Below are positions 21,256-32,119 of a DNA stretch of 39,721 nucleotides, in pieces. Under the pieces are notes generated by a model, which was given only the letters and a program-made list of their open reading frames with translations, searched no databases and had not been told where the DNA came from. Every line of letters begins with the position of its first letter. The first letter of the stretch is position 1. This DNA comes from Octopus bimaculoides (lineage: Eukaryota): positions 8,078,109 to 8,117,829 of the forward strand of contig NC_069001.1 in assembly GCF_001194135.2 (NCBI RefSeq). The letters are read 5' to 3'. The position numbers and the translations under genes were made by a program.

Positions 21256-23507
21256 CAGTAATACCTCGCTTTACGAGACCCGGGTTTACGAGTTTTATTC
21301 TATAATAAATATTAAAAAATGTTAAACAGTCATTTTGTGTGTGGCATCACTGGTTCTGACACGTCTACACATAGCGACGGAGTAAAATGACGGGATAAAG
21401 TTTCAATGTCTTAATTAGCACGTGCGCTTTGTTGAATGAGATTATAAGCTAATTCTTCGTGCTACATATTTTATATTGTATACGTGTACTTTACTATTTT
21501 CGGCATTTTGAAAAAACCCACACGATATGTCTAAACGAAAGTGTACAACCGATACCGACGGGAGCAAAAAGAAACGAAAAGCCATAACTTTAAAAACAAA
21601 GTATGAAATTGTAAAAATGCACGATGGCGGTACAACTGTGAAAGACATTTGTGACAGATTTTCACTTAAATCGTCGACTGTCTGCACAATTCTCAAAGAA
21701 AAACAGAAATATTTATCTCAAGTGAGAAATGCGCAGCCTTTGCAATCAACGTGGTCTCGTAAAAGAGATGCTGGAAGCATTATTCCGGAAATGGAAAGAC
21801 TTGTAAATGCATGGATAAGGGACACAACACAACGCATGAATATGACTGTTGATCAAGCGTCGATTCGTAGCAAAGCATTGTGTCTTTTCAATCTGCTTAA
21901 AGAAATGAAAGGTGACACAAACGAAACTTTTGTTGCGAGCAGAGGATGGTTTGTGCGATTTAAAAATCGACATGGGTGGCATGCTGTTAGAATGCAAAGC
22001 AAAGCATCAAACGCTGATCTCCATCCAGCAACAAAAAAATTTCCAGAAACATTGGCAAAAATAATTGAAGAAGGAGGCTACATGCCACAACTGATTTTTA
22101 ATGTCAGTGAAACAGGACTTTTCTGGAAACGTATGCCACCCAGAAGTTACATTGCTAAGGAAGAATCTGCGCTGCCTGGTTTTAAAGTTGCAAATGATCT
22201 ACTGACATTATTATTTGGAGGAAATGCATCTGGGGATTTTAAATTAAAACCAATGCTAGTTTATCGAGCGGAAAATCCTGGGGCACTCAAAGGTATCTTA
22301 AAAAGTACTCTTCCAGTCATATGGAAATCTAATGAAAAAGCTTGGATTACGACAACATTATTTGAAGAATGGTTTTCATATCACTTTGTGCCAGAAGTTA
22401 AGGAATATTGTGATAAGAATGAACTTCCATTTCATGCAATGTTGATTATTGACTATGCACCTAACCACCTTCCAATTCTGCAACATCGCCATCCTGATGT
22501 CAAAGTTATTTTTTTGCCTCGGGATACATCACTTTTGCAACCAATGGACCAGGGTGTTATTGCAACATTTAAAGCTCATTATTTACGCTACACATTTGCA
22601 ATGCTGAATGAAGAAACAGTCAAAGAAGGGGGACCTTCTGTAATGGAACTCTGGAAAAGTTACAACATTTATACTGCTGTAAAAATCATAAGAAAAGCAT
22701 GGGATAATGTCAGTGAAAAGAATATGAAGAGTGTTTGGAAAAACCTTTGCCCTCAATTTCTTACTGATTTTGAGAATTTTGAATCACTACAAGAAAATGT
22801 ACTAAAAGAAATTGTAAAGCTGGCAAATGAATTGAATCTCGACGTGTCAGCAAGTGACATAGATGAGCTGCTTCAATCACATAGTGACGAACTCACCAAC
22901 GAAGAACTTGTTGCAATGCAAGAGGAGGCAACAGCAGAAAAGGAAAAGGACACTGTTGATGAAACGCCAGTTAGTACGTTCAAATTGAAAGGACTCGAGG
23001 AAGCATTTCAGCATTTGGATAAAGCTTTGGAAATTTTTCAAGTACAAGATCCAAATTTTGAACGAAGTGCAAGAGTTTCTACTACCATAACAAATGCTTC
23101 TTTGTGTTACCGAAAAATTTATAGAGAGCAAAAATATGCTTCTTCTTAGCAAACAACTCTAGACTTGTTTTCTAAAAAAGAAATCTACAAGTCTGTCTTT
23201 GGGTGCTTGTGAATCAGTGACTGTGTCTACTACAAGTGATGGTGTGTGTGAGTGTAAGTGATTCAGAAAACAATTATAATATATTTTATAATAAATGATC
23301 TTGACATTCTTTTTACTTTACATTCTACTGTTGTTTTATTGCCATTTATTTACGAGTATTACAATTTTTATAGGTAAAATATCTTTCTGGGAACGAATTA
23401 CGATTTATAAAATTGCTACTATGGGAAATTAATGCTCTGTTTTACGAGTTTTCACTTTATGAGCAGTGTCCAGGAGTAAATTAACTCATATACCAAGGCA
23501 TTAACTG
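21256..23507 (+). mobile_element. Full-length pogo/Tigger DNA transposon (2252 bp) with decayed TIRs and TA target duplication
   Basis: TA|CAGTAATACCTCGCTTTACGAG on the left; right end reverse complement CAGTTAATGCCTTGGTATATGAG followed by TA (17/23 identical); subterminal TTTACGAG repeats and Tigger-like GGAACGAATTA. Confidence 0.85.
21527..23149 (+). CDS. Tigger/pogo-derived (TIGD1/CENP-B-like) protein, 540 aa: HTH_psq, CENP-B HTH and DDE_1 domains; first catalytic Asp replaced by Ser
   Basis: KRKAITLKTKYEIV HTH; ASRGWFVRFKNRH; IFNVSETGLFWKRMP (normally NVDETG); IIDYAPNH; LQPMDQGVI; uninterrupted frame. Confidence 0.9.
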   Translation: MSKRKCTTDTDGSKKKRKAITLKTKYEIVKMHDGGTTVKDICDRFSLKSSTVCTILKEKQKYLSQVRNAQPLQSTWSRKRDAGSIIPEMERLVNAWIRDTTQRMNMTVDQASIRSKALCLFNLLKEMKGDTNETFVASRGWFVRFKNRHGWHAVRMQSKASNADLHPATKKFPETLAKIIEEGGYMPQLIFNVSETGLFWKRMPPRSYIAKEESALPGFKVANDLLTLLFGGNASGDFKLKPMLVYRAENPGALKGILKSTLPVIWKSNEKAWITTTLFEEWFSYHFVPEVKEYCDKNELPFHAMLIIDYAPNHLPILQHRHPDVKVIFLPRDTSLLQPMDQGVIATFKAHYLRYTFAMLNEETVKEGGPSVMELWKSYNIYTAVKIIRKAWDNVSEKNMKSVWKNLCPQFLTDFENFESLQENVLKEIVKLANELNLDVSASDIDELLQSHSDELTNEELVAMQEEATAEKEKDTVDETPVSTFKLKGLEEAFQHLDKALEIFQVQDPNFERSARVSTTITNASLCYRKIYREQKYASS

Positions 23508-23689
23508 TAGTTTTTATCTCTCTCATATATACATGGATAAGATGAGTTTCAGTAGAATGCACTGCAAAATTTGTTCTGGCTTTCGGCACTTTGAGTTCAA
23601 ATCCCAAACTTCACTTTTTATCTTTTCCATCTTTGTAATCATCAACCCCTGGACATTTCTGTCTTGAGTTGTATGACTCATGCAGTTGA

Positions 23690-24146
23690 TTACCCAGTTT
23701 TTATGGCATATGGATGACCAAAATCAGAACATTCTCCTGGAACGGGACACCTGTCCATTGCAGGTTAACTCATTTACAGTTGAATGGAGCCACATAAAAC
23801 GAAGTACTTTGTTCAAGAATACAACGGTCCACCAAGTCTGGGAATTAAAATCACAATCTTGCAGTCATGAGTGCAACACTCTAACCACTCGGCCACATTC
23901 CTTCACCTGTCTTTCTGGGATCAATATTTTATCCTTTTACTTGTTTCAGTCATTTGACTGTGGCCATGCTGGAGCACCACCTTAAAGGGTTTTAATTGAA
24001 GAAATTGACCCCAGGACTTACTCTTGGTAAGCCTAGTACTTGTTCTGTTGGTCTCTTTTACCAAACTGCTAAGTTACAGGGATGTAAACACACCTTACCA
24101 GTTAGACAGACAGACACACAAATATATATATATATATATATATATA
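23690..24146 (-). mobile_element. SINE family G fragment followed by the 3' half of a family A SINE
   Basis: TGTTCAAGAATACAAC..GGGAATTAAAATCAC..CTAACCACTCGGCCAC; TTTCAGTCATTTGACTGTGGCCATGCTGGAGCACC. Confidence 0.6.
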
Positions 24147-26791
24147 NNNNNNNNNNNNNNNNNNNNNNNNNNNNNNNNNNNNNNNNNNNNNNNNNNNNNN
24201 NNNNNNNNNNNNNNNNNNNNNNNNNNNNNNNNNNNNNNNNNNNNNNNNNNNNNNNNNNNNNNNNNNNNNNNNNNNNNNNNNNNNATTTTATCCTTTTACT
24301 TGTTTCAGTCATTTGACTGTGGCCATGCTGGAGCACCACCTTAAAGGGTTTTAATTGAAGAAATTGACCCCAGGACTTACTCTTGGTAAGCCTAGTACTT
24401 GTTCTGTTGGTCTCTTTTACCAAACTGCTAAGTTACAGGGATGTAAACACACCTTACCAGTTAGACAGACAGACACACAAATATATATATATATATATAT
24501 ATACATGTTTAGAAATAAATGAGAGTTCTTTCACAAAGAAGAAAGAGCTGTTGGGGTTCCTCATTTATTTCTCTTCAGGGAGTTCATTGACATGCGTTTT
24601 GCTCCATTTATTATTATCCATATCTTCTCAAAATGTATCACTTAAACTTGGTATCTCTACCTGTAAAACGGCTGTGATATCTTGTTTTTTAGTGTAATTT
24701 TACTACCTCCGGTAACTATTAACGTATGTAAATTATCAAAAGTTTTAATAACTGAGATAATATTAATATATACATAAACTTATATATATATATATATACG
24801 ATAGGCTTCTTTTAGTTTTCGTCTACCAGATCCACTCACAAGGCTTTGCTAAGCTTACATTAAAACCTCTCAGTTCTATTATGTACATTAGTCAGACCTG
24901 TGTCATCTTCATTGTTGCTTTCACTACATTATTGTACAGCTCTAGTAATCCATTCATCTACACCTAGTTTCCTGAGTGAACACAAAATTACTGAATGCAG
25001 TATCCCATCAAAAACCATCTTTAATGCAACAAATAGCAGAAATAGTGATCCGCCCATAGCTAAGTACTTCTGCTGCTGTTACTTCACTAGGAAGATTGTA
25101 TCCATGTTGCCTCTTCTGGGCATGAAGCCAAACTGCATTTGATCTTGGTTTTCTCTGTTAAATCTAAATTGTGCTACTAACTTTTTCCAACTTTCATAAC
25201 CTGATTCAGTAGATTGATTTCTCTAAAACTTTTCTCTATTTAACCCATAAAGCATTGAGATTTGGACTTGCTTAGCATGGACTGCTGAGCACATTGAATT
25301 TTGTCAGAATAAAGCAACAAAGCTGACTCCACATCGTTTGCCACTGTTTCGAAATGAAACATAGATGCAATTTCTTCATTAGAGCACTGGAATTCCCAAG
25401 CACTATACATATATATTCCATATAGGAAAGACTTCTTTTTGTACCCCTCATAAAAGATTTAAAACTATTACACATGGTTTGATTTCCTACCGTGTCTTAT
25501 AATAATAATAATGAGAAAGTCATAAAAATGAAGAATTTTTATTAAAAAAAAAAAAAAATTTTCTTCTGTTTTATGTATATTCATGTCCCAATTTATCAAA
25601 CGTTAAGGCCTAAATTCCATAACTCTATGAAATTTGCCTAACCTTGGGACATGAATACATAATACAGAAATGAATTTTTTTAAAAATAGAAATTCTTAAT
25701 TTTTATGACTTTCTCATCATAATTAACTACTTTCTGTTTGTGGCTTTTCAGATGACTCCTAAGGCCTGTCTTACTCAGGACAGATGTGAACATAATTGTT
25801 ACATGTTGAATTGGGCTGTATGCCAATACATTCAGGCAAGTTAACATTAAGCCCCTAACAAACATATCTCTTGAGCTTTTCATACTTGCTACAATTTTGT
25901 TTGAATCCTTTCTTTCCATCATACAGTACTTCCCTTCAAGCTGATCAATCTAGAATGCAGTTTTCTCATCCATTTTCGACCTTCTCCAGTGTATTCTTGA
26001 TGCATTCATTATACCTTAACTTCAGTTTGTGGGCTGATCTTTGTGTTTTTCCCACACCACCACTTAACAACCAGTGTTTGGGTGTTTACATCCTCATAAC
26101 TTAGTGGTTCGGCCAAAGTGACCAGGAGAATAAATACCAAGCTTTAAAAGAAAAAAATAAGTGTTAGTCAAATACTGAGATAAGCTTTATCCAGTCTGAA
26201 CTTCCGTAAAGTATGTAGTTTTGAGCCAATGTTAGAAATTAATGTTTCCATGTTCTTGAAAAGCCAAAACTATGCAAGTTATAAGAGATCTGTCAATAGT
26301 TTGCACATTTATATTTTGGGGTTGAGACCCTGCTCTTCAGGGAAAAACTGTTAATATATTTTGCACTTGAAGTTCTGGGGTCAACTGGGCTTATTCATTT
26401 GGGAGTTAAGTAATTATCAGTTATATATTGGTGGCTAATACATGCCGTCTGCAATTATTTGGTATTTCTGTTACTGAAATGAAAAAGCAAATTATATCCA
26501 TCATGGTAGTTTGGAGAAAGAAATGTAACAACAGACAAAAATTGCAACAATTCAGTTATATTTTTATTATAGCTTCTATGTTGCCATGTTGTTTGTTCAA
26601 AAATGAAGAAATATCACAAATATAAGTTTATTTATTACAACCAACAAAGATAAAATAGTTTCAGATTTTAAATATACTAGGGCTTTGGGAATACAAGTTC
26701 CTGAGTTAGTCTGCCTCTCACTTGGCTATCATTGATTTATTGCCTACACATGTTCACTGGATAACCATTATGATTATAATTTAACCCTTTA

Positions 26792-26956
26792 AAGACAGCA
26801 AGCTGACAGAATCATTAGCACGCTGGTTGAAATGCTTCGCAGTATTTCGCCTGTTGCTATGTTCAGAGGTCAAATTTGCTTTATATTCTTTCGGGGTCAA
26901 TGTAATCGATTAGGCCACTCCCCCAAAATTTCAGGCCTTGTGCCTTTAGTAGAAAG
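26792..26956 (+). mobile_element. SINE family B with a 20-bp target-site duplication
   Basis: GATTATAATTTAACCCTTTA at both 26772-26791 and 26957-26976. Confidence 0.8.
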
Positions 26957-26969
26957 GATTATAATTTAA

Positions 26970-27186
26970 CCCTTTAGCACTCAGATTACTCCACCAAATG
27001 TAATACTTGTTTATTCACAATGATTTGAATTATTCATGCAGTGTTTTGCAATTCTGAGATTTCAATATGATTGTTTATTATTTTTTTTTTTTGAGAATAA
27101 CATCATAAGGTATGCATGAGGCCAAATTTGACCAGTGTGAACATAAAACAAAGTAGACTACTTGGGCCAGTTTAAATGCTAAAGGG
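26970..27186. mobile_element. piggyBac-like MITE
   Basis: TTAA|CCCTTTAGCA ... TGCTAAAGGG|CCAA (10-bp TIR; right TTAA degenerate); a related sequence lies at ~39267-39400. Confidence 0.6.
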
Positions 27187-27480
27187 CCAACATACTAAAT
27201 TAAGTTACTCTGTAGTTTATCTTTCAAGCACTATATGATAGTGTCTGGAGTCAGGTTCTCCGTATCAAATGATGTCAAGAAATTATTCAGCATCTAAGTA
27301 AACAGTTAGTGGATAACAGTTAAAAATATGGTGCTATATTATTTCACCAACATAAATATTGCAGTAGTTATACAAAATGTAGTATTGGAAGGTTGTTATC
27401 ACAGTATTATATCTTCTCTCTTGTGGGAATACAGTTGGATAATGTCTTTCTTTTATAGAAACTTTTTATATAGGACATGG

Positions 27481-28491
27481 TTATTCTGCAGCATGAATAC
27501 AGACATGTGTAGTCAAGTGACTTTTCTGAGAGAATGATTTATTGCAGATTTCACAGCGAAATGGCTTCTCTCCTGTATGAATGTATTTGTGTTTAGTTAG
27601 TGTACCATTTCGAGAGAATGATTTACCACAGGTATCACAGTGATATGGCTTCTCTCCTGTATGGATGTGTTTATGTTTAGACAGGTTACTTCCTTCTGAG
27701 AATGATTTACCACAGATATCACAGTGATATGGTTTCTCTCCTGTATGAATGCGTTTGTGTTTAGTTAAGTCACCACTTCGAGAGAATGATTTGTCACAAA
27801 TATCACAGTGATACGGCTCATCTCCTGTATGAATGTATCTGTGTGCAGTTAACTGCACTGTTATAGTGAATGATTTACCACAAATATCACAGCAATATGG
27901 CTTTTCTCCAGTATGAATGCGTTTGTGTATAGTTAAATCATGACTTTGAGAGAATGATTTATCACAGAACTCACAGTGATATGGTTTTTCTCCTGTATGA
28001 ATGCGCTTATGTGTAGTTAAGTGACTTCCTTCAGAGAATGATTTTCCACAGACATCACAGAGATATGGCCTCTCTCCTGTATGACTACGTTTGTGTATAG
28101 TTAAGGTATCATTTTGCGAGAAAGATTTACCACAGATGTCACAGTGATAAGGTTTTTCTCCTGTGTGAATACGGTTGTGAGTATTTAAATGACTTCTTTG
28201 TGAGAATGATTTACCACAGATATCGCAATAATATGGTCTCTCTCCTGTATGAATATATATATGACGAGTTAAACTAACACTTTGAGAAAAGGATTTACCA
28301 CAGACATCACAGTGATATGGTTTTTCTCCTGTATGAATACGTTTGTGAGTTGTCAGGTTACCTTTTCGAGAGAATGATTTTTCACATATGCCACAGTGAT
28401 ATTCTATTTTCCCTATCTCTTTTGGGATTTCATCAGTAAAATCAATTCGTTTACTCTGATTTACATTTAACATTGTACTTACATAATTCAT
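27481..28491 (-). CDS. C2H2 zinc-finger protein ZNF4, 336 aa, 11 tandem fingers, frameshift-derived N-terminus
   Basis: 11 fingers, ends HAAE*; [14 protein letters not shown] leader homologous to paralogs; acceptor AG at 28870-28869. Confidence 0.9.
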   Translation of the reverse strand: MNYVSTMLNVNQSKRIDFTDEIPKEIGKIEYHCGICEKSFSRKGNLTTHKRIHTGEKPYHCDVCGKSFSQSVSLTRHIYIHTGERPYYCDICGKSFSQRSHLNTHNRIHTGEKPYHCDICGKSFSQNDTLTIHKRSHTGERPYLCDVCGKSFSEGSHLTTHKRIHTGEKPYHCEFCDKSFSQSHDLTIHKRIHTGEKPYCCDICGKSFTITVQLTAHRYIHTGDEPYHCDICDKSFSRSGDLTKHKRIHTGEKPYHCDICGKSFSEGSNLSKHKHIHTGEKPYHCDTCGKSFSRNGTLTKHKYIHTGEKPFRCEICNKSFSQKSHLTTHVCIHAAE

Positions 28492-29169
28492 TTTCTATAT
28501 TTTTTTTTCTTATGCCAATCAACAGAATTTTTTTTGCCTTCCTTCAGTGTTATGTTTTAATTCTAAAAAATATTTCTACAATTATACTTTCAACAAGAGT
28601 GATTGCTTCGGTTTCCTTTGTAAATTTGTCCAAGGTTAATTTAGAATGAAAACCCGTCTTGTGCAAATGCCAAACAGTCGAAACATAGAAATTTCGCTAT
28701 TAATCTTATTTGAGAACATTTCACAAAATTTAACTGTAGTTATATATATATATATATATATATATAGCAGTTCTGTAGAATATCTTTTCCTTTAGTTTTC
28801 AAGAGATGATAAATACTTATGATGCATCTGAAGTAAAATATTCTTCTACACCAATGTCATCTGTTATTCTGAAAAAATAAAGAAAAAAAATATGATATAG
28901 AGAATGCTTAATAACAGAAAGCAGACATTCTAGTATAATTGTATATTAATAAACTGTAGATATAAGCTTTTATCTTAACAACAAAACTTGACTTTTTAAT
29001 TTTATATAAACTCCTTAGTATTTGAACCGAACACACATGGCTGAAATATTCTACCAGTTATGGAAGGAAGGAGCCAAAATCATGATCTATACAAACACAC
29101 ACACACAGACAAATAGGTGCAGTCGCGGTTGAGAAGGCTTGCTTACAAACCATGTCATCTCACGCTGGG

Positions 29170-29780
29170 TTACAGGAACGTAAACACACCATCACCAGTT
29201 GTCAAGCAGTGTGGAGGACACAAAGTCATACACACACAACGAGGTTTCTTTCAGTTTCCGTAATCCATTCACAAGACACTAACCCAAGGTGCCACGCAGT
29301 GGGACTGAACCTGGAAGCAAAGTTCTTATACATATATATCCAATTTAACACGTTTTGACCGTTTAGCTCGGACACATTTTTTCTTTGTCTCTTCATCTAG
29401 CCTTTTATTAGAAGAGTAGGCTCGAAACGTTAAAGGCTTCTTCCATTTTCCCGGAGTGTCAAGCTAATACACTGTTTGTTGTTCTTTAACCTTGTCTTTG
29501 CATTTTCGGACGATCTCTCTTCGGTCATGACTGACCATGAGGTTGCACCTAGAAAGTTACCCTCCGAGGCACAAGGTCGTTTATGGAGGACCAGCCTCCC
29601 CATCGATGTTATCCAAAGGAAAAGGCCGATACAGCTTGTTGCTAGTGACACCGCAACTCATTTCTACTGAACTGGAGCAACGTGAAATTAAATGTCTTGC
29701 TCAAGAATACAACACACAGCCCGATCCGGGAATCAAACTCACTGCCTCACGATTGTGAGACGCTCAGACCACAGAGCCAT
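29170..29780 (-). mobile_element. SINE family A (-, ~29170-29320) and family G (-, ~29490-29780) copies in the ZNF4 intron
   Basis: CAAGGTGCCACGCAGTGGGACTGAACC; AAATGTCTTGCTCAAGAATACAACACACAGCCCGATCCGGGAATCAAACTC. Confidence 0.65.
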
Positions 29781-31397
29781 GCACACAATTTTAAAATTTT
29801 ATTTCTAACAAATTGTGCTAGAAAAATCTCAGAAAAAAAAATATAAGAGATTAGAAGAAATTCTTTAAAATATTGGAGCATTAACTTAAAAAGATTACAA
29901 TATTCTGCATATTGTAATGAATAAAAGTGACATATCAGTTTCTCATCTCAATACCCGGTCCTTTATTAACTATTTTGATCACATAGTTATATATCTTTTG
30001 CTTTTAAAACAACAAATCTAGTATATTTTCAGTGAAACATCGCTTGATGAAACAATAAAAAAAAACATAGATTGGACATAAAACGCATTATAGAAAACCA
30101 TAAAATATATTTAACACAAAGACAAAACGTGGACGAAGAATATCGATGATGTTTCTCGATTCACTGATGAATCAAGTTTCATTATGGAATGTATGATTCA
30201 TGTGAATATATTTTCAGAGAACTCGGACAATCGCAGATCGTAATAGGTTGTATTTAACGATTACTAAAGACTAAGTTACATCCATGTCTCGTAAAAATAT
30301 CCAAACTTTACTTAAGTAAAATATATCACAAATAGAGAAACACAAGTGCTTTATATATTCCAGATCTTAACTGTGTTAAGACACAAGCGAAATAGGATAA
30401 AAAAAAATAATAATAAAAACAGATACCTAGTAGAATAAGCTTATATACATACGTATGAATGACTTACAGGTAAGAAGAAAGCTTTTCAATGTGTGGCATG
30501 TAGAAATTGTATCATTAAATTCACCAGCAACAATATTATATTAAATCATTTAGTGAAATAATGTAACCGATTTGCTGGAACGGGCAGCTGTATCTCATAG
30601 AGCTTAGCCTTCTGTGATCAAATATAGATATACTACAATACTACATTCGATAATGTAGTTGTAGAAACACTCTGACTCATGTAAAATATGGAATGAATAA
30701 TACTTACATATCAATAACGTAGCAGTGGTGGTGGTGGTAGGACTACATAAAATATGAGAGATGACCTCAAAAGGTGAAAGGGTAAAGTCTTGAGAGGTCA
30801 GTGAAAACCTTCACATAACTTCCGACGATACTCTTCCCTCTGTTGGATAAATAATGAAATATATCTATACAAAGGGGAACAACCCTCACGATGCATGCCG
30901 CGTAAAGTCCATCAAGTTTGAAAACATCTACGGCCACGTGGTCTGAAATGTTAGGAGAGGAGACTAGTTAATTTCATTAACCTTTTTAGCTGCACTGGGA
31001 CTTTATTTTATCGATTCCGAAAGAACGAATGAATGCCTGGGCGGGATTTGAACTTAGAATGGTAAAGAACCGTTAGAAATGCCGCTAAGCATTCTACCAG
31101 CCCGCAGTTTTACGTGTATGGTATAATATTTAACACTGATTTGTTTTTAACGGACACCTTTTAGTTTTATGAAACGGGTAAGTTGACAAAAGATTTGTTG
31201 TAAGGCTGTTATAAGGTGTATCTATGGCATAATATATTTCCTCATTGTAGCTTTTACGAATAGGATAAAATGTGTTTCGAAATTCATATTTATCTCTTCA
31301 TTACCAATGAAAACTTTTGATATACGTTTTTGACCACCTTGCTTGCATGCAAGGGATGTTATTTTTTATTCATAATTACTGATCTATTTATTTTTTG

Positions 31398-31580
31398 ACC
31401 TACCAACTTGCCCAAATCAGCATCCAATTTGTAAAGCAATTTCTGAAGAAGGTATTCTTTCGATATGACTCGACAAAATCAAAATTAAACTCCGGTATTT
31501 TCCGAAATTCCCCACCCACTACGGCGTGGCGATCTTTCGGTACTAGTACGCAACAACATCCGGTCGTTGCGCGCACGCAT
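31398..31580 (-). promoter_or_regulatory. Putative ZNF4 promoter and non-coding exon 1
   Basis: CpG-rich; the minus strand reads ATGCGTGCGCGCAACGACCGGATGTTGT (31580-31553), resembling the ZNF3 module; donor TTG|GTAGGT at 31404|31403. Confidence 0.55.
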
Positions 31581-32119
31581 ACTGATTACATGATCGTATA
31601 GTGTGTTTATGTGTTTAAAGTTTGAGAACTGTATGCATCTGAGGGGGAGAAGGTTTGAGTTTAGTGGGCCATTCATTTCTTTTTTCTATTTAATGTTGTC
31701 TTTTCATCCTGAATGTTCCGAGACGCCTCACCGGAGCCAAGAAATAAAAGAAAAATAATGTAATAGATGTAAAACGACTTGCTCTGAACGAATATAAAAA
31801 AATTAAAAAAATTCGTAGTAATTTTCATTGAAAAATATCCATTTTACTAGAAGTTATGATCATCCAGAGTCCGGAAATCGATAGCAAAATATTCGATGTA
31901 AATTGGATTAATAAATTTATTATTTATTTATGATTGTTATATACAAGATCAAGTATATAGGTTGCATTTGTTTCTTTACAGTTAAAGAAGACAAGATTGG
32001 TACATTCGGTATTACTTATTCGGTAAATTTGGACAAGTATACCCGGACTCGGTTCACCAAGAAAATAAAAGACCGGATTTTTCACGTGGAAAAGTATCTT
32101 TCTCGCCAAAACTCTTATA

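Noticed and set aside
23926-24503. Identical ~220-bp direct repeat (23926-24146 and 24285-24503)
   Set aside because: It flanks an N gap and both copies end in (TA)n; this is a typical unmerged contig overlap, not a real duplication
24900-25480. Possible ancient LINE (IDFSKTF; HIEFCQNKATKL)
   Set aside because: Motifs are too short and out of context to support by eye
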